A stretch of 64,000 nucleotides of DNA from NCBI RefSeq assembly GCF_001194135.2, contig NC_068999.1:45148885-45212884 (forward strand), in the 5' to 3' direction. A model generated the notes under the pieces. That model was not told the DNA's origin. It searched no databases and saw only the letters and a list, made by a program, of their open reading frames with translations. Shown piece after piece: positions 26,620 to 39,236 of the stretch (position 1 is the first letter of the stretch; every line of letters begins with the position of its first letter). The stretch comes from Octopus bimaculoides (lineage: Eukaryota). The position numbers and the translations under genes are program-made.

Positions 26620-27000
26620 ATAGCCATCTCTCTCTTCACTCTCCCTCTCATAACAATCTCTCTTTCCCCTCTCTCTATATTTCTTTTATCCTTATTCTGT
26701 CCTCCACTCTCTCCCCTTCGTCACATCAACCTCTCCCTCTCTCTCCCATCTTCTTACCTATTTCCTCTCTCTCTCATCTTTTCACCTTCTCCCTTTATCT
26801 CTCTCTCTCATCTACTAACTTCCTTTATCTCTCTCTCTTTTATCTTCTAACCTTCTCCCTTTATCTCTCTCTCTCATCTTCTAGCCTTTCTTTGTCTCTC
26901 TCTCTCTCTGTCTCTCATCTACTAACTTCCTTTGTCTCTCTCTCTCTCTCTCTTATCTTCTAACCTTCTCCCTTTATATCTCTCTCTCGCTCTCTCCCCC
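26620..27000. repeat. CT-rich compound minisatellite (~30-bp higher-order units)
   Basis: Recurring ctctcatct(a/t)ctaac(c)ttc(tc)cttt(a/g)tctctct. Confidence 0.8.
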
Positions 27001-27404
27001 TCTCCTATACTCCTTACCCTTTCTCTATGAGAGGATACTTTACATTGCATTTAAAAGAAATGACATTGAAATAATAAATGCTATACAACAACAACAACAA
27101 CAGCAACAGCAACAACAGCAACTGGCTTTCAAATATGTTACAGATGTCCTGCAATGATAAATATCTGTGAAACAGATTTAAACATTGGAAAGCAAGTAGG
27201 TGAGATGAGATGAGAGAGAGAGAGAGAGAGAAAGATAGAGAGAGAGAGAAAGAGAATGGACTGAGAGAGTGGGGGAGAAAAGATAGAAAGAGAGAGAGAG
27301 AGAAAAAATAGAGGGACTGAGAGAGAAGGAGAAGGAATGAAGGGGAGTAACTGCAGTAGGTGTTTTTGTATGTGTGAACTGTGGGGAGAAGTGGCAAATA
27401 TTCA

Positions 27405-27960
27405 TCATCATTTAACGTCTGTTCTCTTTGCTGGCATGGGTTAGATGATTCGCCAGGTGCTGACAGGGCTAAGCTGCACCAGGCTCTATGGTCTGTTTTG
27501 GTTTGGTTCCTGCCATGGATGATCTTCCAAGCACCAACCACTTTACAGGGAGAAATGGAAGAGGTGGGATTTGATATTTTCAATGCCAACCCACCTGAGA
27601 CCACCCCTGCTCATTTTATGATACAAACTTTCTGTTTTAAAATAATCTGAATTAAACCCTTCCATTAAAACTTCCTGATAATTTATGTTCCAAACACCAG
27701 CTTACTAATGACAAAAATTATTTTACTAATCTTCATCATCATTTCACATCCGTTTTCCATGTTGGCATGGGTTGGACAGTTTGACAAGAGCTGACTAGTT
27801 AAAGTGCTGTTCAGGCTTCACATCTGTTTTGGCGTGGTTTCTATGGCTGGATGCTCTTCCTAACGCCAACCACTTAACAGAGTGTACTGGGTGCTTTTAC
27901 ACAGTGCCAGCATGGATGCTTTTTGTGTGGCCCCAGCACTTATGAGCCTGCAACATTAGG
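27405..27960 (-). mobile_element. Two SINE family C 3' fragments (27405-27560 and 27730-27960)
   Basis: catcatcatttaacgtc..., ttggcatgggttggacagtttgac..., ggatgctcttcctaacgccaaccac. Confidence 0.75.
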
Positions 27961-28336
27961 GATGCTCAGCTGGAGAAGGTTGCAAGGGACAAGACTGTCT
28001 GCAAGGCAACCATGCTTTCATTTAGCTTGACGGTCATTATCCGAAAATATTTTTGAAACAATCCCTTTGCCTGTCCTTGTTTGTCCCCTTGTGGACAATA
28101 AAGAAATAAATAATAATATCAGAATCTTCACTCACTAGCAAGCAACTCTGGAGTGTATACCATGTTTTGGTAATTGGCAGCCTGACCACCCTCAAGGATA
28201 TGATAACTGGAGAGGAGGAAAAGGATTCCATGACATTAGACTGAGACACATTTTCAGTTGATTGGAGGAAGTCGGAACAGCGTGAAATGAAGATCTTTTT
28301 TTTTCTTTTTTTTTTTTTGCTCAAAAACAAAATGTA

Positions 28337-28409
28337 TGCTCAGTGCAGGAATCGAATCTATAACTTTCCGATAGTGAACCAGACACTTTAACTACCAGAC
28401 CAAAAGCAA
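28337..28409 (-). pseudogene. Decayed tRNA-like sequence (tRNA pseudogene or isolated SINE head)
   Basis: Minus strand has A-box-like tggtctggtagttaa and B-box-like attcgattcc, with an anticodon-like loop ttcacta (CAC). Acceptor and T stems are poorly paired. Confidence 0.35.
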
Positions 28410-29131
28410 AAGCAAAACCTGTTTAAATAATTTCAAGTACCTCATGTAAAGGTAAACAAAGTGAGTGGAATCACTTGAACTTCCAGCTCAGGAATTACGC
28501 TAGAGCCAGCTGCATAACCAGAAAGTTAGATATAAAATAATATAAGAGCTAAAACAACTATTGCTGTTCCTGGCTTTCCTTTTCTCTCTCTTTCTTTTTT
28601 TTTCTTTTTTTTTACAAGTGGGTACGTTTCTAAAAACACAAGAAGAACAAGAAATATCTTCCAAAACAAATAAAAACCCATACAACAAAATTACGTATAT
28701 ATACGAAACCTCTTCACAGTCTCACAGACATAACATATGCTCCCTACCTAAAGCCATTGTATTAATATCCCTACACTGTACCAGCTCCACCTCCTTGGCT
28801 CACAACTGTAATCCAGTATTTTCTCTTTGGCTTTTTTTTTTTTTAGGGGGTACGCATGTGTAGTTATTTTGTTGGTTTTTTTTTTTTGTTTTACCTTGGA
28901 GTAGAGGAGATTTTTGTTGTTGTTTTGGGGCTTTTTGGAACTTTTTTTTTCCCCTTCATATCTCCCACAACAGTATTTAGATCAATATATATACTCCTTT
29001 ACTGTCTTTATGGTGCTGTATCTCTGATAATCCATTCCAATACCTCTTCTTAAAATATACAGAATTACATTACCTTTTATCCTTTTTTACAGAGATACAA
29101 AAGCTCTGGATCAATAGGTTTTCCTACGTTG

Positions 29132-29193
<62 letters not shown>

Positions 29194-30403
29194 ATTTTTC
29201 TCTCTCGCTCACACACACACACACACACAGATGTTTTATAATGTTTCTTTCTCTTATTAGTTTATAAGAAAGAGCAGGCACCGGTACATTATCTAAGTGC
29301 ACACAAACATATCATTGATCACAAAACCCATAGGAAAAGTGACACGAGAACCCTTCATGAAATATAGGAGGAGGAGGAGTAGGAGAAGAAGAAGAAGGTG
29401 AAGAAGAAGAAGAACAACAACAAGAAGAACAAGAACAAGAAGAAGGTGACAACAAAGATGAGAAAGACAACAAAGAAGAAGAAGAAGTAGAAGAAGACAA
29501 AGACGATGAAGACAAAAGACATGAAAGAAGAAGAAGATGAAAAAGAAGAAGAAGATGAAAAAGAAGAAGAAGAAGAAGCAGAAGGTGACAATGAAGAAGA
29601 TGAAGAAAGTGACAACAAAGACGAAGAAGACGACAAAGATAAACAAGATGAAGAAGAAGAAGAAGAATTACAAAGGATGAGGTTGAGGAGGTTAGTTTGA
29701 AACCAAGTAACGAAGTCGCACTTCTTCTCAATGAAATCTAATGACAATCAGCAGAACTAGAATAGAACAGGTGAGAGTTTTACAATCACATCGAACGTCA
29801 AGTGTGACACCTGATGCCCACTCATTGGACAAAATGGCCTTAGCAGTGATGCCGTGTGGTATGAGAGACAAGACAGACAGTAGTCAATTAAAAGAAAGAA
29901 TTTTTAAAATATGCTCGCATATCTCGTTAATCATTAAGAAATCTTGACAACGATTCCCGCATTTCAGAAACAACACTATGTCCCAGGTGGAAGAAGGGAT
30001 GGGCTGGTGGGGAGGTGTAGGATATTGCAGTAATTTAGACAAACATGACTGAACCACTCAAAAATCACTACAGATGACGATGCTAAGGCTTGAAATCTCG
30101 GATGCTGCTCGTTAACAATCTCACCTTCAAAATCTAACAAACACTGTATAACATCTCAAAAAGAAAAGAAATGAAAAGAAACCGTATAAACTCATGGCGG
30201 TGCCCCAGTATGGCCGCAGCTCTTGAATTGTTACTAGAGAAAGAGTAAACCATCTTCTCCAGAGCAAGAATTCTTGAGTTTCATTCAAACAGCTGCTGAT
30301 GCTCCATGAAGTTGAAATAAGACTCATAAGTCGTATCACTCAGATGTGTAGGATGATGATGCTGCAGATGCTGCTGATGATGATAAACATATACATATAT
30401 ATG

Positions 30404-30720
30404 ATGGGCTTCTTTCAGTTTCCGTCTACCACATCCACTCACAAGGCTTTAGTCGGCTCGAGCATGCTGGAGCACCACCTTTAGTCGAACAAATCGACTC
30501 CAGGACTTATTCTTTGTATGCCTAGTACTTATTCTATCAGTCTCCTTGGCCGAACCACTAAGTTACGGGGACGCAGACACACCAATCTCCACTCACAAGG
30601 CTTTAGTCGGCCTGAGGCTATAGTAGAAGACACTTGCATAAGACGTCACACAATGGGATTGAACCTGGAACCATTTGGCTGATAAGGAAGCTACTTACTA
30701 CACAGCCACTCCTGCACCTA
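30404..30720 (-). mobile_element. SINE family A, permuted copy
   Basis: Order on the minus strand is head, 3' part, then middle part, with a 24-bp direct repeat at 30434-30457 and 30588-30611. Confidence 0.85.
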
Positions 30721-30796
30721 TATATATATATATCGTCGATAAAAAATAAATCTCAAAAAGAAGCAATCTCTGAGTTATAGAGCAGTATATTATATA

Positions 30797-30863
30797 TACC
30801 CTGGATTTCACATCCATGAAGCGCATGAAAGCTAAGTCCTTTATGGATGTGAAACCCAGGGTA
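30797..30863. repeat. Short inverted repeat (23-bp arms, 21-nt loop)
   Basis: taccctggatttcacatccatga versus ttatggatgtgaaacccagggta; 2 mismatches. Confidence 0.85.
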
Positions 30864-31161
30864 ATTCCATAAACCAGCCTTATCCAACTTTATTTATATA
30901 TATAGGAAAATGAAAAATAATAAGAAGGCAGAATGCTAAACTGGAAGCATATTTTGATAAAGATTTCTAGCCGGCTTTCATTGCATGGCAAATTATCAAG
31001 AAGAGGGACAATGAAAATGTTTTTTACAAAGAAGTAAAAAATGAAAAAAATAATATATAAAAAAAATAATATATAAAAAAATAAATATACCAATACATTA
31101 TATTGTCTCTGAGCTTTTGAAGTTCAATGGTAATTCATGTATATAATGGTTGGAAAAATAA

Positions 31162-31472
31162 GGATGCATGAGAATTGAGAGTTGTGGTAGCTTTAAAAAA
31201 AGGGTTAAAAGTTTGTGTTAAGCAGGAAGTGTGGTGTCAAAAACAGGAAGTGTGTAAGGGGAGACAAATCTTTTTAGTTGGAGTTATGAACTCTTTGTCA
31301 ACAGACATAAACTTCCTGTTGAGAAAGAGTTCATAACTCCAACTAAAAACATTTGTCTCCCCTTACACACACTTCCTGTTTTGACACCACACTTCCTGCT
31401 TAACACAAACTTTTAGCCCCTTTTCTCTTTTTTTCAAACCTAACACAACTCTCAATTTTCATGCAAAATCCT
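31162..31472. mobile_element. Fold-back palindrome (MITE-like), ~145-bp arms, ~11-nt loop
   Basis: aaaagtttgtgttaagcaggaagtgtggtgtcaaaa...ctctttgtcaacag pairs with ctgttgagaaagag...acttcctgcttaacacaaactttt; the inner ~95 bp are nearly perfect. Confidence 0.85.
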
Positions 31473-32679
31473 ACACGATTAGGTGAAAAGCGCTTTATTT
31501 AATTTATAAAACATGTGACATTAATAAAAATCTGTAAATGTACAAACATCCAGATTTCTGAGTACCTTAATTTTTTTCTATATAATTTCTGTACATCACN
31601 NNNNNNNNNNNNNNNNNNNNNNNNNNNNNNNNNNNNNNNNNNNNNNNNNNNNNNNNNNNNNNNNNNNNNNNNNNNNNNNNNNNNNNNNNNNNNNNNNNNN
31701 NNNNNNNNNNNNNNNNNNNNNNNNNNNNNNNNNNNNNNNNNNNNNNNNNNNNNNNNNNNNNNNNNNNNNNNNNNNNNNNNNNNNNNNNNNNNNNNNNNNN
31801 NNNNNNNNNNNNNNNNNNNNNNNNNNNNNNNNNNNNNNNNNNNNNNNNNNNNNNNNNNNNNNNNNNNNNNNNNNNNNNNNNNNNNNNNNNNNNNNNNNNN
31901 NNNNNNNNNNNNNNNNNNNNNNNNNNNNNNNNNNNNNTTTTGTAGTCCCCAGGTTACAGTAGAAGACACCTGCACAAGGTGTTGTGTAGTGAGACTGAAC
32001 CAGGAATCACATGGTTGCAAATTGAGCTTCTTAATCACACAGCCACATCTGTGACTATGCTCAGTTCTCCTCCCAGACTCTCCTACACACGCCCCCCCCC
32101 CATATACCCAAACCCAATCCTTCTTCCACGGGATATTAACCTACTGAAAAATTCCTCTCCCATCAATGATTTTCTTGACGACATCAAATTATATCTGTTC
32201 AGGTTAAACAACCGGCCACATCAATGTCACCAGTCTTGGAGGCCTTGATAAGGTCACGAGACGAGGCAGGCAGAGCATTCCCTCTCGCCTGAATAAACCG
32301 CAAAATATTTTTAAAAAACGAAATAAAAGGCAATATATAAAACAGCACGACTTAAGGCTATACAAAATCTCAAAGAAAACATTGGGAAAATATTTAAATT
32401 AGCTAAAATAGTGGAAATAATGAGGTAAAATTCCACAGAATTAAGTCGAGGTAAAACAGCGTTGAAATTAAAATATATTCACACGCACACATGCATACGC
32501 ACAAACATACACATTTGTACGTACACACAAACACACATATGCTTATATACATGTACACATATACATACACACAGAGAAACAAACAAAACAAATACACACA
32601 CACATTTGCACGCACACATATGCGTATATACATGTACACATACATACACACAAATAAAAACAAATACACAAACACACAC

Positions 32680-32960
32680 ATACACACTGGGAAACAAAAA
32701 CAAATAGACACGCAGACACACACACACACACATACACGTGTGCACACACATACCCACTGAGAAACAAAAATAGACACACCCATACAAACACATTTGTACA
32801 CACACACACATACATATACACGTGTGCACACACACATACACACTGAGAAACAAAAATAGACACACACCCATACATACATGTTTGTACACACACATACTGA
32901 GAAACAAAAACAGACACACACACACACATGCATATAGACGTGTGCACACACACACACACA
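32680..32960. repeat. Higher-order repeat within a CA microsatellite
   Basis: ctg(a/g)gaaacaaaaa(t/c)agacac recurs four times. Confidence 0.75.
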
Positions 32961-33284
32961 TGCATATACACGTGTGCACACATGCACATACACACACTGT
33001 TTGACATTATGCCCCATAGTATGAATATTGCTGAAATAAGTCAGAAAATTTAGATTCCTGCAAAGACATTTCTGAAATAAAAAAAGCAAGACATGTCTTC
33101 TTCCCCTTGCCTTTCTTCTTTCTCTTTCTCTCTGCAATAATTTATGGCATTGCTCAAAACTCCAAGGAACAGCAAGCGAAACTAAATTTGTCTGCTAATG
33201 TCAGAGAAAAGCCAAAACTCTGTAAACGTCTCATTGGTGGATTGCATTATATTTCCAGTCCAAAAAAGTCAGACGATATTCATC

Positions 33285-33790
33285 ATCATCATCATCATCA
33301 TTTAACGTCCACTGTCCATGCTGGTATGGGTTGGACAGTTTGACCGGGGCTGGCAAGCTGGAGGGCTGCACCAGACTCCACTCGTCTGATTTGGCATGGT
33401 TCTTCTACAGCTGGATGCCCTTCCTAACACCAACCACTCTACAGAGTGTAATAGGTGCTTTTATGTGCCACTGGCATGGGTGCCAGTTGTATGACACCGG
33501 TATCTGCCACGACTACAATTTCATTTGTTTGATGGGTCTTCTTCTCAAGCACGGCATAATGCCCAGGGTCTCAGCCATTCATCATTGCCTCTGCAAGGCC
33601 CAATACTTGAAAGGTGTTTTTAGATGCTTTTACATGGCACCGGCACAGGTGTTTTTATGTGGGACCAACAAGTGCGCTTTTTATGTGACACTGGCACAGG
33701 TACTTTCATGTCACACTGGCACAAGCACTTTTATGTGACACCACCACGGGTACTTGTACAGGGCACCAGCACAGATGGTACTTCTAAAAG
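33285..33790 (-). mobile_element. SINE family C long variant with a ~22-bp internal minisatellite
   Basis: catcatcatttaacgtccactgtccatgctgg... followed by repeated tttt(t)atgtg(a/g)cac(t/c)ggcacagg. Confidence 0.8.
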
Positions 33791-33850
33791 ATACTGCAGC
33801 TATTTTAATTAAGTCCAAACATCTATTTGTGTATATATGTTGTGTATATA

Positions 33851-34099
33851 CAGGGTATTCCAGAAAGATTTACATCATTTCGTAATCTTAGAACTTGACC
33901 AATTCTTGTTCAAATGATCTCAAATTTTAATAGGATATGCAAAAACAAATCCAAATCGCTCACGAAATTCACAAACCTTTGAATTTCTCATTCAAATTTT
34001 GATGAATAAATCTTATTTTGCTCAACATTAAACCTGTTTAGCTTCATTCGTCCAGATATTTACATCTGAAACGATATCACAAGTTTTTGAAATACCCTG
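33851..34099. mobile_element. Tc1/mariner-type MITE (249 bp)
   Basis: TIRs cagggtattccagaaa and tttttgaaataccctg; TA on the left flank. Confidence 0.75.
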
Positions 34100-34694
34100 T
34101 GTATTATAGAAAGAGAGAGGAGGATACACAAAAGCAGACAGATAGAGAATAAGACAGAGACAGACAGACAGACAGACCAAGAATCAGATAGATAGATAAA
34201 CAAACAGACAGACAAACTAACCAGACAAATAAAACAGAGGGAGAGAGAGAGTGTGTGTGAGACAGACAGACAGAATTTATTCTGGAAAGTGTGTGAAACA
34301 AATTATTTAAAACAAAACTGTTTCGCATGGATTTATTTTATTTTCCTGCATAGATGGCACTTGAAGAAGATACTCCATTTTAATTAAATCCAAACAAATG
34401 TTTCGCTAGAGACGGGCGCCTCAAAAAACAAGAGAAATGGAAAGGGAGGAGAAAAAAAAAACAAACTGAACATCACAAATTACTACTGCCATTCTACATC
34501 GCAGCTGATGTCTGAGTATTTTGATGAAATTTTCTTTGTCCACAAGANNNNNNNNNNNNNNNNNNNNNNNNNNNNNNNNNNNNNNNNNNNNNNNNNNNNN
34601 NNNNNNNNNNNNNNNNNNNNNNNNNNNNNNNNNNNNNNNNNNNNNNNNNNNNNNNNNNNNNNNNNNNNNNNNNNNNNNATATATTGGAACATTA

Positions 34695-34890
34695 AAAGCA
34701 TATCTGACCTCTCACACCTACCCTACAATGTCATTCTAAAACTAAATGATTGCATCATCGAAATCTCATTGCTATGAGATAATTCAGGATTAACTGAAAA
34801 CAAGGTGAATGAATAAGCATTCCACTTGATAGAGTAATCTGAATTCTAATGGGTTAACCCTTTAGCATTTAAACAGCCCATATCCGGCCC
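34695..34890. mobile_element. Fragment of a TTAA-ended (piggyBac-like) non-autonomous family
   Basis: Reverse-complement similarity to 54990-55192; contains ttaaccctttagcatttaaac. Confidence 0.4.
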
Positions 34891-34899
34891 TGTGAAACA

Positions 34900-35200
34900 A
34901 TGTCAGGCTTGCAATCACAAGATAGTCAGTTCCATTACTGGACCAGGCTGTGTGTTGTGTTCTTGAGCAAGATACTTTATTTCATGTTGTTCCAGTTCAC
35001 TCAGCTGTAGAAATGATTTGCGACATCACTGGTGCCAAGATGTATCGATCTTTGCCTTTGCCTTTGGATAACATTGATGGTGTGGACAAGTGAGGCTGGT
35101 ATGCTTGGGTGACTGCTGGTCTTCCATAAACAACCTTGCCTGGACTTGTACCTTGGAGGGGAACTTTCTAGGTTCAATCCCATGGTCATTCATGACTGAG
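34900..35200 (+). mobile_element. SINE family D
   Basis: ggctgtgtgttgtgttcttgagcaagatactttatttc...ggaactttctaggttcaatcccatggtcattcatgac. Confidence 0.8.
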
Positions 35201-36479
35201 GAAGGTCTTTATTTAGTTACTTTATCTGACCTATATATTCTAAGTTTTATATTCAAACTGACCCGATTGAGCTTCTCTCATCTACCCTACAGTCAGTATA
35301 ATAAAGTACCTGTCATGTATTAGGGTTTGATGTAATCACCCCCACCACCACCACTCCCTCGCAATTGCAGGCCTTGTGCTAAAATTAGAACAGATCATTA
35401 ATATTACAATTACTAGAGATGATTATTGTAGGGTCAAAAAAAAACATTAGGAGTTTTAAAGTAAATGATGCCCCCTAATAATAAAGAAAGGGTCAAAAGG
35501 TGAGGGGAAGAAAAAGGAGACATAAAATAAAAACAAAATATAAACAAAAGGAACAGAAATCTCTACAACAATGATACCTAAATATTAGACAATAACATTG
35601 AATAAGAAAACTAAAATGAAAAAAGGGGAGAGCGGGCGAGAGGGCGAGGGGGTCGAGAGGGCAAGACAGTGCAAGAGAGGGAGAAAATGAGGGGATAGGA
35701 GGAAAGAAAGGAGTGGAATGTGAGTCACCACTTCCATTGCCCTCCCCCTCTAAAATAAGTCATGGGGGGAAACAACATTCCAGTTTCTTTTTTTTTTTTT
35801 TACTTTCTCTCCTTTATGAAAACTGATAGAAAATATTTTTAAAATAGTTACAAAAGGATTCGGGAGGAGATAAAAGGAAAGGGTTGGCATAAAACTTGCA
35901 TAAAAAATAATAAATAGAAAGCAGACTAAAAGATATCGATGACGGTTTTTGTGTTCTTTTTATTTTTATTTTCCCTTGGATAATTATTTCTTCCGTATAA
36001 ATAAGGAAAGTATCTCAGAATGTCTCATATTAATAGAAGTGCATGCAGAGGGTTGGGGTAAAGTAAATAAGAAGTTGTGACATTCACACTTTTCCTTCCA
36101 CCACCCTTCAAGGTAATTATTTTTAATTAGCTCACCTAGGTGTGACTGATGAAGTGAAAATAGAATCAAGAGCAGAACTTTCTTGGTAATCTTCTACAAT
36201 ACAAATATAACGAACTTACTCTGATTAACCAGACGGAAATGATATTTTCATATTCAAATTTAAACGTCTGTTTGGAAAGCTATTAACTCTGCAAACAGAT
36301 CATGGGATCGTGGGTTCAATTACCAGACCAGGCAATAACTCATCATTGCTTTTTAGGAATCCTTTAACTCTCCCAACAGACAATTTAATCTGGTTTTTAA
36401 ATAAATGTGAAGTTAAAAGGATTATCATAACCAACGGACAACACTACAAATTACCAAATAAAGAAGAGCCAATTACACG

Positions 36480-36768
36480 TTGTTGTTGTTTGTTCCTTCT
36501 CGAGCCATGCCTGGTTTCAATGGTGTATAGGTTCCCCCACCTGGACGGGACGCCAGTCCATCACAGGTGAGCTGTTAGATGCAGGAGGAAAGAATGAGAG
36601 AAAGTTGTGACAAAGGAGTCAGCAAAGGTTCACCATTACCTTCTGCTGGAACCACGTGGAGCTTAGGTGTTTCCCTCATAAATACACACATCACCCGGAC
36701 TGAGATCTGAACCCATGATCTCTCAACTGCAAGTCCACTGCTCTAGTCACTAGGCCATACGTCTCCAC
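36480..36768 (-). mobile_element. Additional tRNA-derived SINE (single copy in window) with (CAA)n tail
   Basis: Minus-strand head gtggagacgtatggcctagtgactagagcagtggact...gggttcagatc; tail aacaacaaca. Confidence 0.65.
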
Positions 36769-38570
36769 AAATTACACATTACAGACCTAAACACATAATA
36801 TTTGAAACACTAAATGGTACGGGTATGACTGGAATACTTTTCATAATAGGTCTGTTCATTGAGTGCTTACTCGGGGTTAAGAAACAACAGCCCTGTAAAA
36901 GTCTTTTGCAGTATCTGTTTCTTTAGGCTTCACATATGTTGCATACCAAGCTTTTGAAATCCAATTTTTCACTCTGTACGTCCTTCTTGCCTTATGGTTT
37001 AATATTCTGTCATATGATGTGGATTGCATTAAGTTAAGAAAGATGAAAGGCAAGTTGGGAAGAAATCCAATCTATATAGAGAAGAACGCACAAGAAACTG
37101 ATATGGCTTCATCATAAATATTAACATTCCATGCAAAGGCACACAAAGCTGGTGAAATTCTTTCAAATACAAAGACAATTTACCAAATGTGATTGAGGAA
37201 TAGCTTATGGTTGGGAAATATCAATAATACTTTTAATGCATCGAGAAATATCCAACAGCACCAAAAATATAGGTTATTGTTGTTGGTTTTTAACCTTGAG
37301 ACCAGCCCTGATCCAGCAGACCTAAGATCAAAGTCAGTCCAGCTATGACCATCCCATCGTTTTGCTTGTCAAACATAGTGTATCTAGGTTTACATTATCT
37401 AATGTCCCCTAGCCTGTTTTATTCAATAAGGTACAATACTAAGGATTTCTTAGCACTGAGGGGGTGGGTCAAACATATTGCCCACAAGACAGATCCTACC
37501 TACAGAAATGCTTAGTTTGAGACCTTCGATTCAGGTTTATGAAATAGATTTTCACTATTTTTTGTTTGTTTTTTTTTTCTCATTTTTAAGCATTCTGTAA
37601 AATATATAAAGCTAAACATTACAAGCATGTTCCCAGAGTCAACGCCTGACTAAATCCATAATTAATACAGATTCCAATTAATCGAATAAGTACACCCACG
37701 GGAATCATGTTATCTCAACAAATGAAAATGAAGATTATGAATCCACACGATGACATGTGACCTATTTCCCTTTCACTTTGTCTCCCTCCACAGGACAAGC
37801 CAAATGGATATTTGGGGGAGGGGGGTTTTGAATATTTTTCATTCATTGTTTTTTGCTTTTTTCTCCAAATTTGTGTGTGTTTGTCCAACAGGATTCTAGT
37901 AGCATAAATGATGTTGACAGATTTTGCAGTAGAGAAACTGCAAGCTTTCTGTCAAGCATTACTCTTCTAAAGAACTGCAGGTATTCATTTGGAAAATTCT
38001 TATCAGTTCTCACTCAAAGGACATTTACTCAATAAGAGTATACGCCCTCATATGGAAGAATTTTTTTTTCCTCTCCAAACACATCTCTGCATACAATTTT
38101 TGCAAACACCTCATATCTTTCTTTTATTTATTCTGAATAAAGTCCTCATAATGCATACTGACCCCTTTTATCCATTATTATTTTTATCTTTTTTTTTTGT
38201 ATCTACACCACGAATAAGGTTTTTAAAAATAATTGTACCTATCCAGCCGACAAGATCTAGTTTCTGCTTGAATCCAATCCACAAAACCAAACAAGTTAGC
38301 CATCCCAGCATTACCAGTTGAATGACTAAACAGAAGGTTCCCTTACTGGCTCGCAAAACTCTATGAAAGTAAACCAACCGTAAATTTCTCTAATGACATA
38401 ATTTTAGTTTCTCTGAAGCAGAATAGCAACGTTTCTTTTATGTGAGATGAAATAGTCAGGTACACCTCAGTAGCAACAATATTTTACAGGTATGATACCC
38501 AGCAGATCTAAAAACACAGAACAGCGAGGTTATGGTAAAGTAGTCAACTTTGGTACTTAACAGTCAAAAT

Positions 38571-38848
38571 AAGTAGTTCTCAACAAGGGTCCATATGGCT
38601 CTAGAGGGTCCACATGATTCTTGATTGTCCATATAAGATTTTGATCTTAAAATTTATCTGCAATAATTTGGTTACATTTCTTCATTACACAAAATATATT
38701 AACAATATTTTATGTACAGGTTTCTAATAATATTTGATTATGAAAATAATAATAGAAAATTTTCATACATAGAATGGGTTATTAGGGTCCACTTGAATAA
38801 AATAGGAATCAAAAGGGTCCATAGGTAGAAAATGGTTAAGAACCACAA
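38571..38848 (+). mobile_element. hAT (Charlie-like) MITE with 8-bp TSD
   Basis: Ends aagtagttctcaac and ggttaagaaccacaa resemble CAGTGGTTCTCAAC-type TIRs. Flanks gtcaaaat (38563-38570) and gtcgaaac (38849-38856). Four subterminal gggtcca motifs. Confidence 0.75.
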
Positions 38849-39236
38849 GTCGAAACCAAAATTCTAAGAAAGGAACCAAAACACCATGAACAGTCACTTA
38901 ACTCTTTCGTTACCAATCTGACTGAAACTGCCTCTGGCTCTGTAGCACAAATGTCTTGTTTTCATAACTTCTGAATTAAAATCTTCCACCAAACCTTAGT
39001 CACAATTTATGTTCCCAACACTTGCTGAATGATAACTAAGTTATTTTACTAAATTCTTTGTTATATTTAAAATTAATTGAAATAAACACAGAGCATCTCA
39101 ACAGAATAAGTATGATGCTTAACAGAAAATAAGTACTGGAGTTGATGCATTCGACTAAAAATTCATGGCGGTGGCCCAGTATGGCCACAGTCTACTTTAA
39201 AAATAACAACAACAAAAAAATATTTTCTATAATATA

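Noticed and set aside
29360-29700. Acidic E/D/K-rich ORF
   Set aside because: GAA/GAC trinucleotide low complexity with a frameshift; no flanking coding signal.
37892-37980. Plus-strand cag|...|gtattc pseudo-exon (DSSSINDVDRFCSRETASF...)
   Set aside because: Single candidate with no homology or partner exons.
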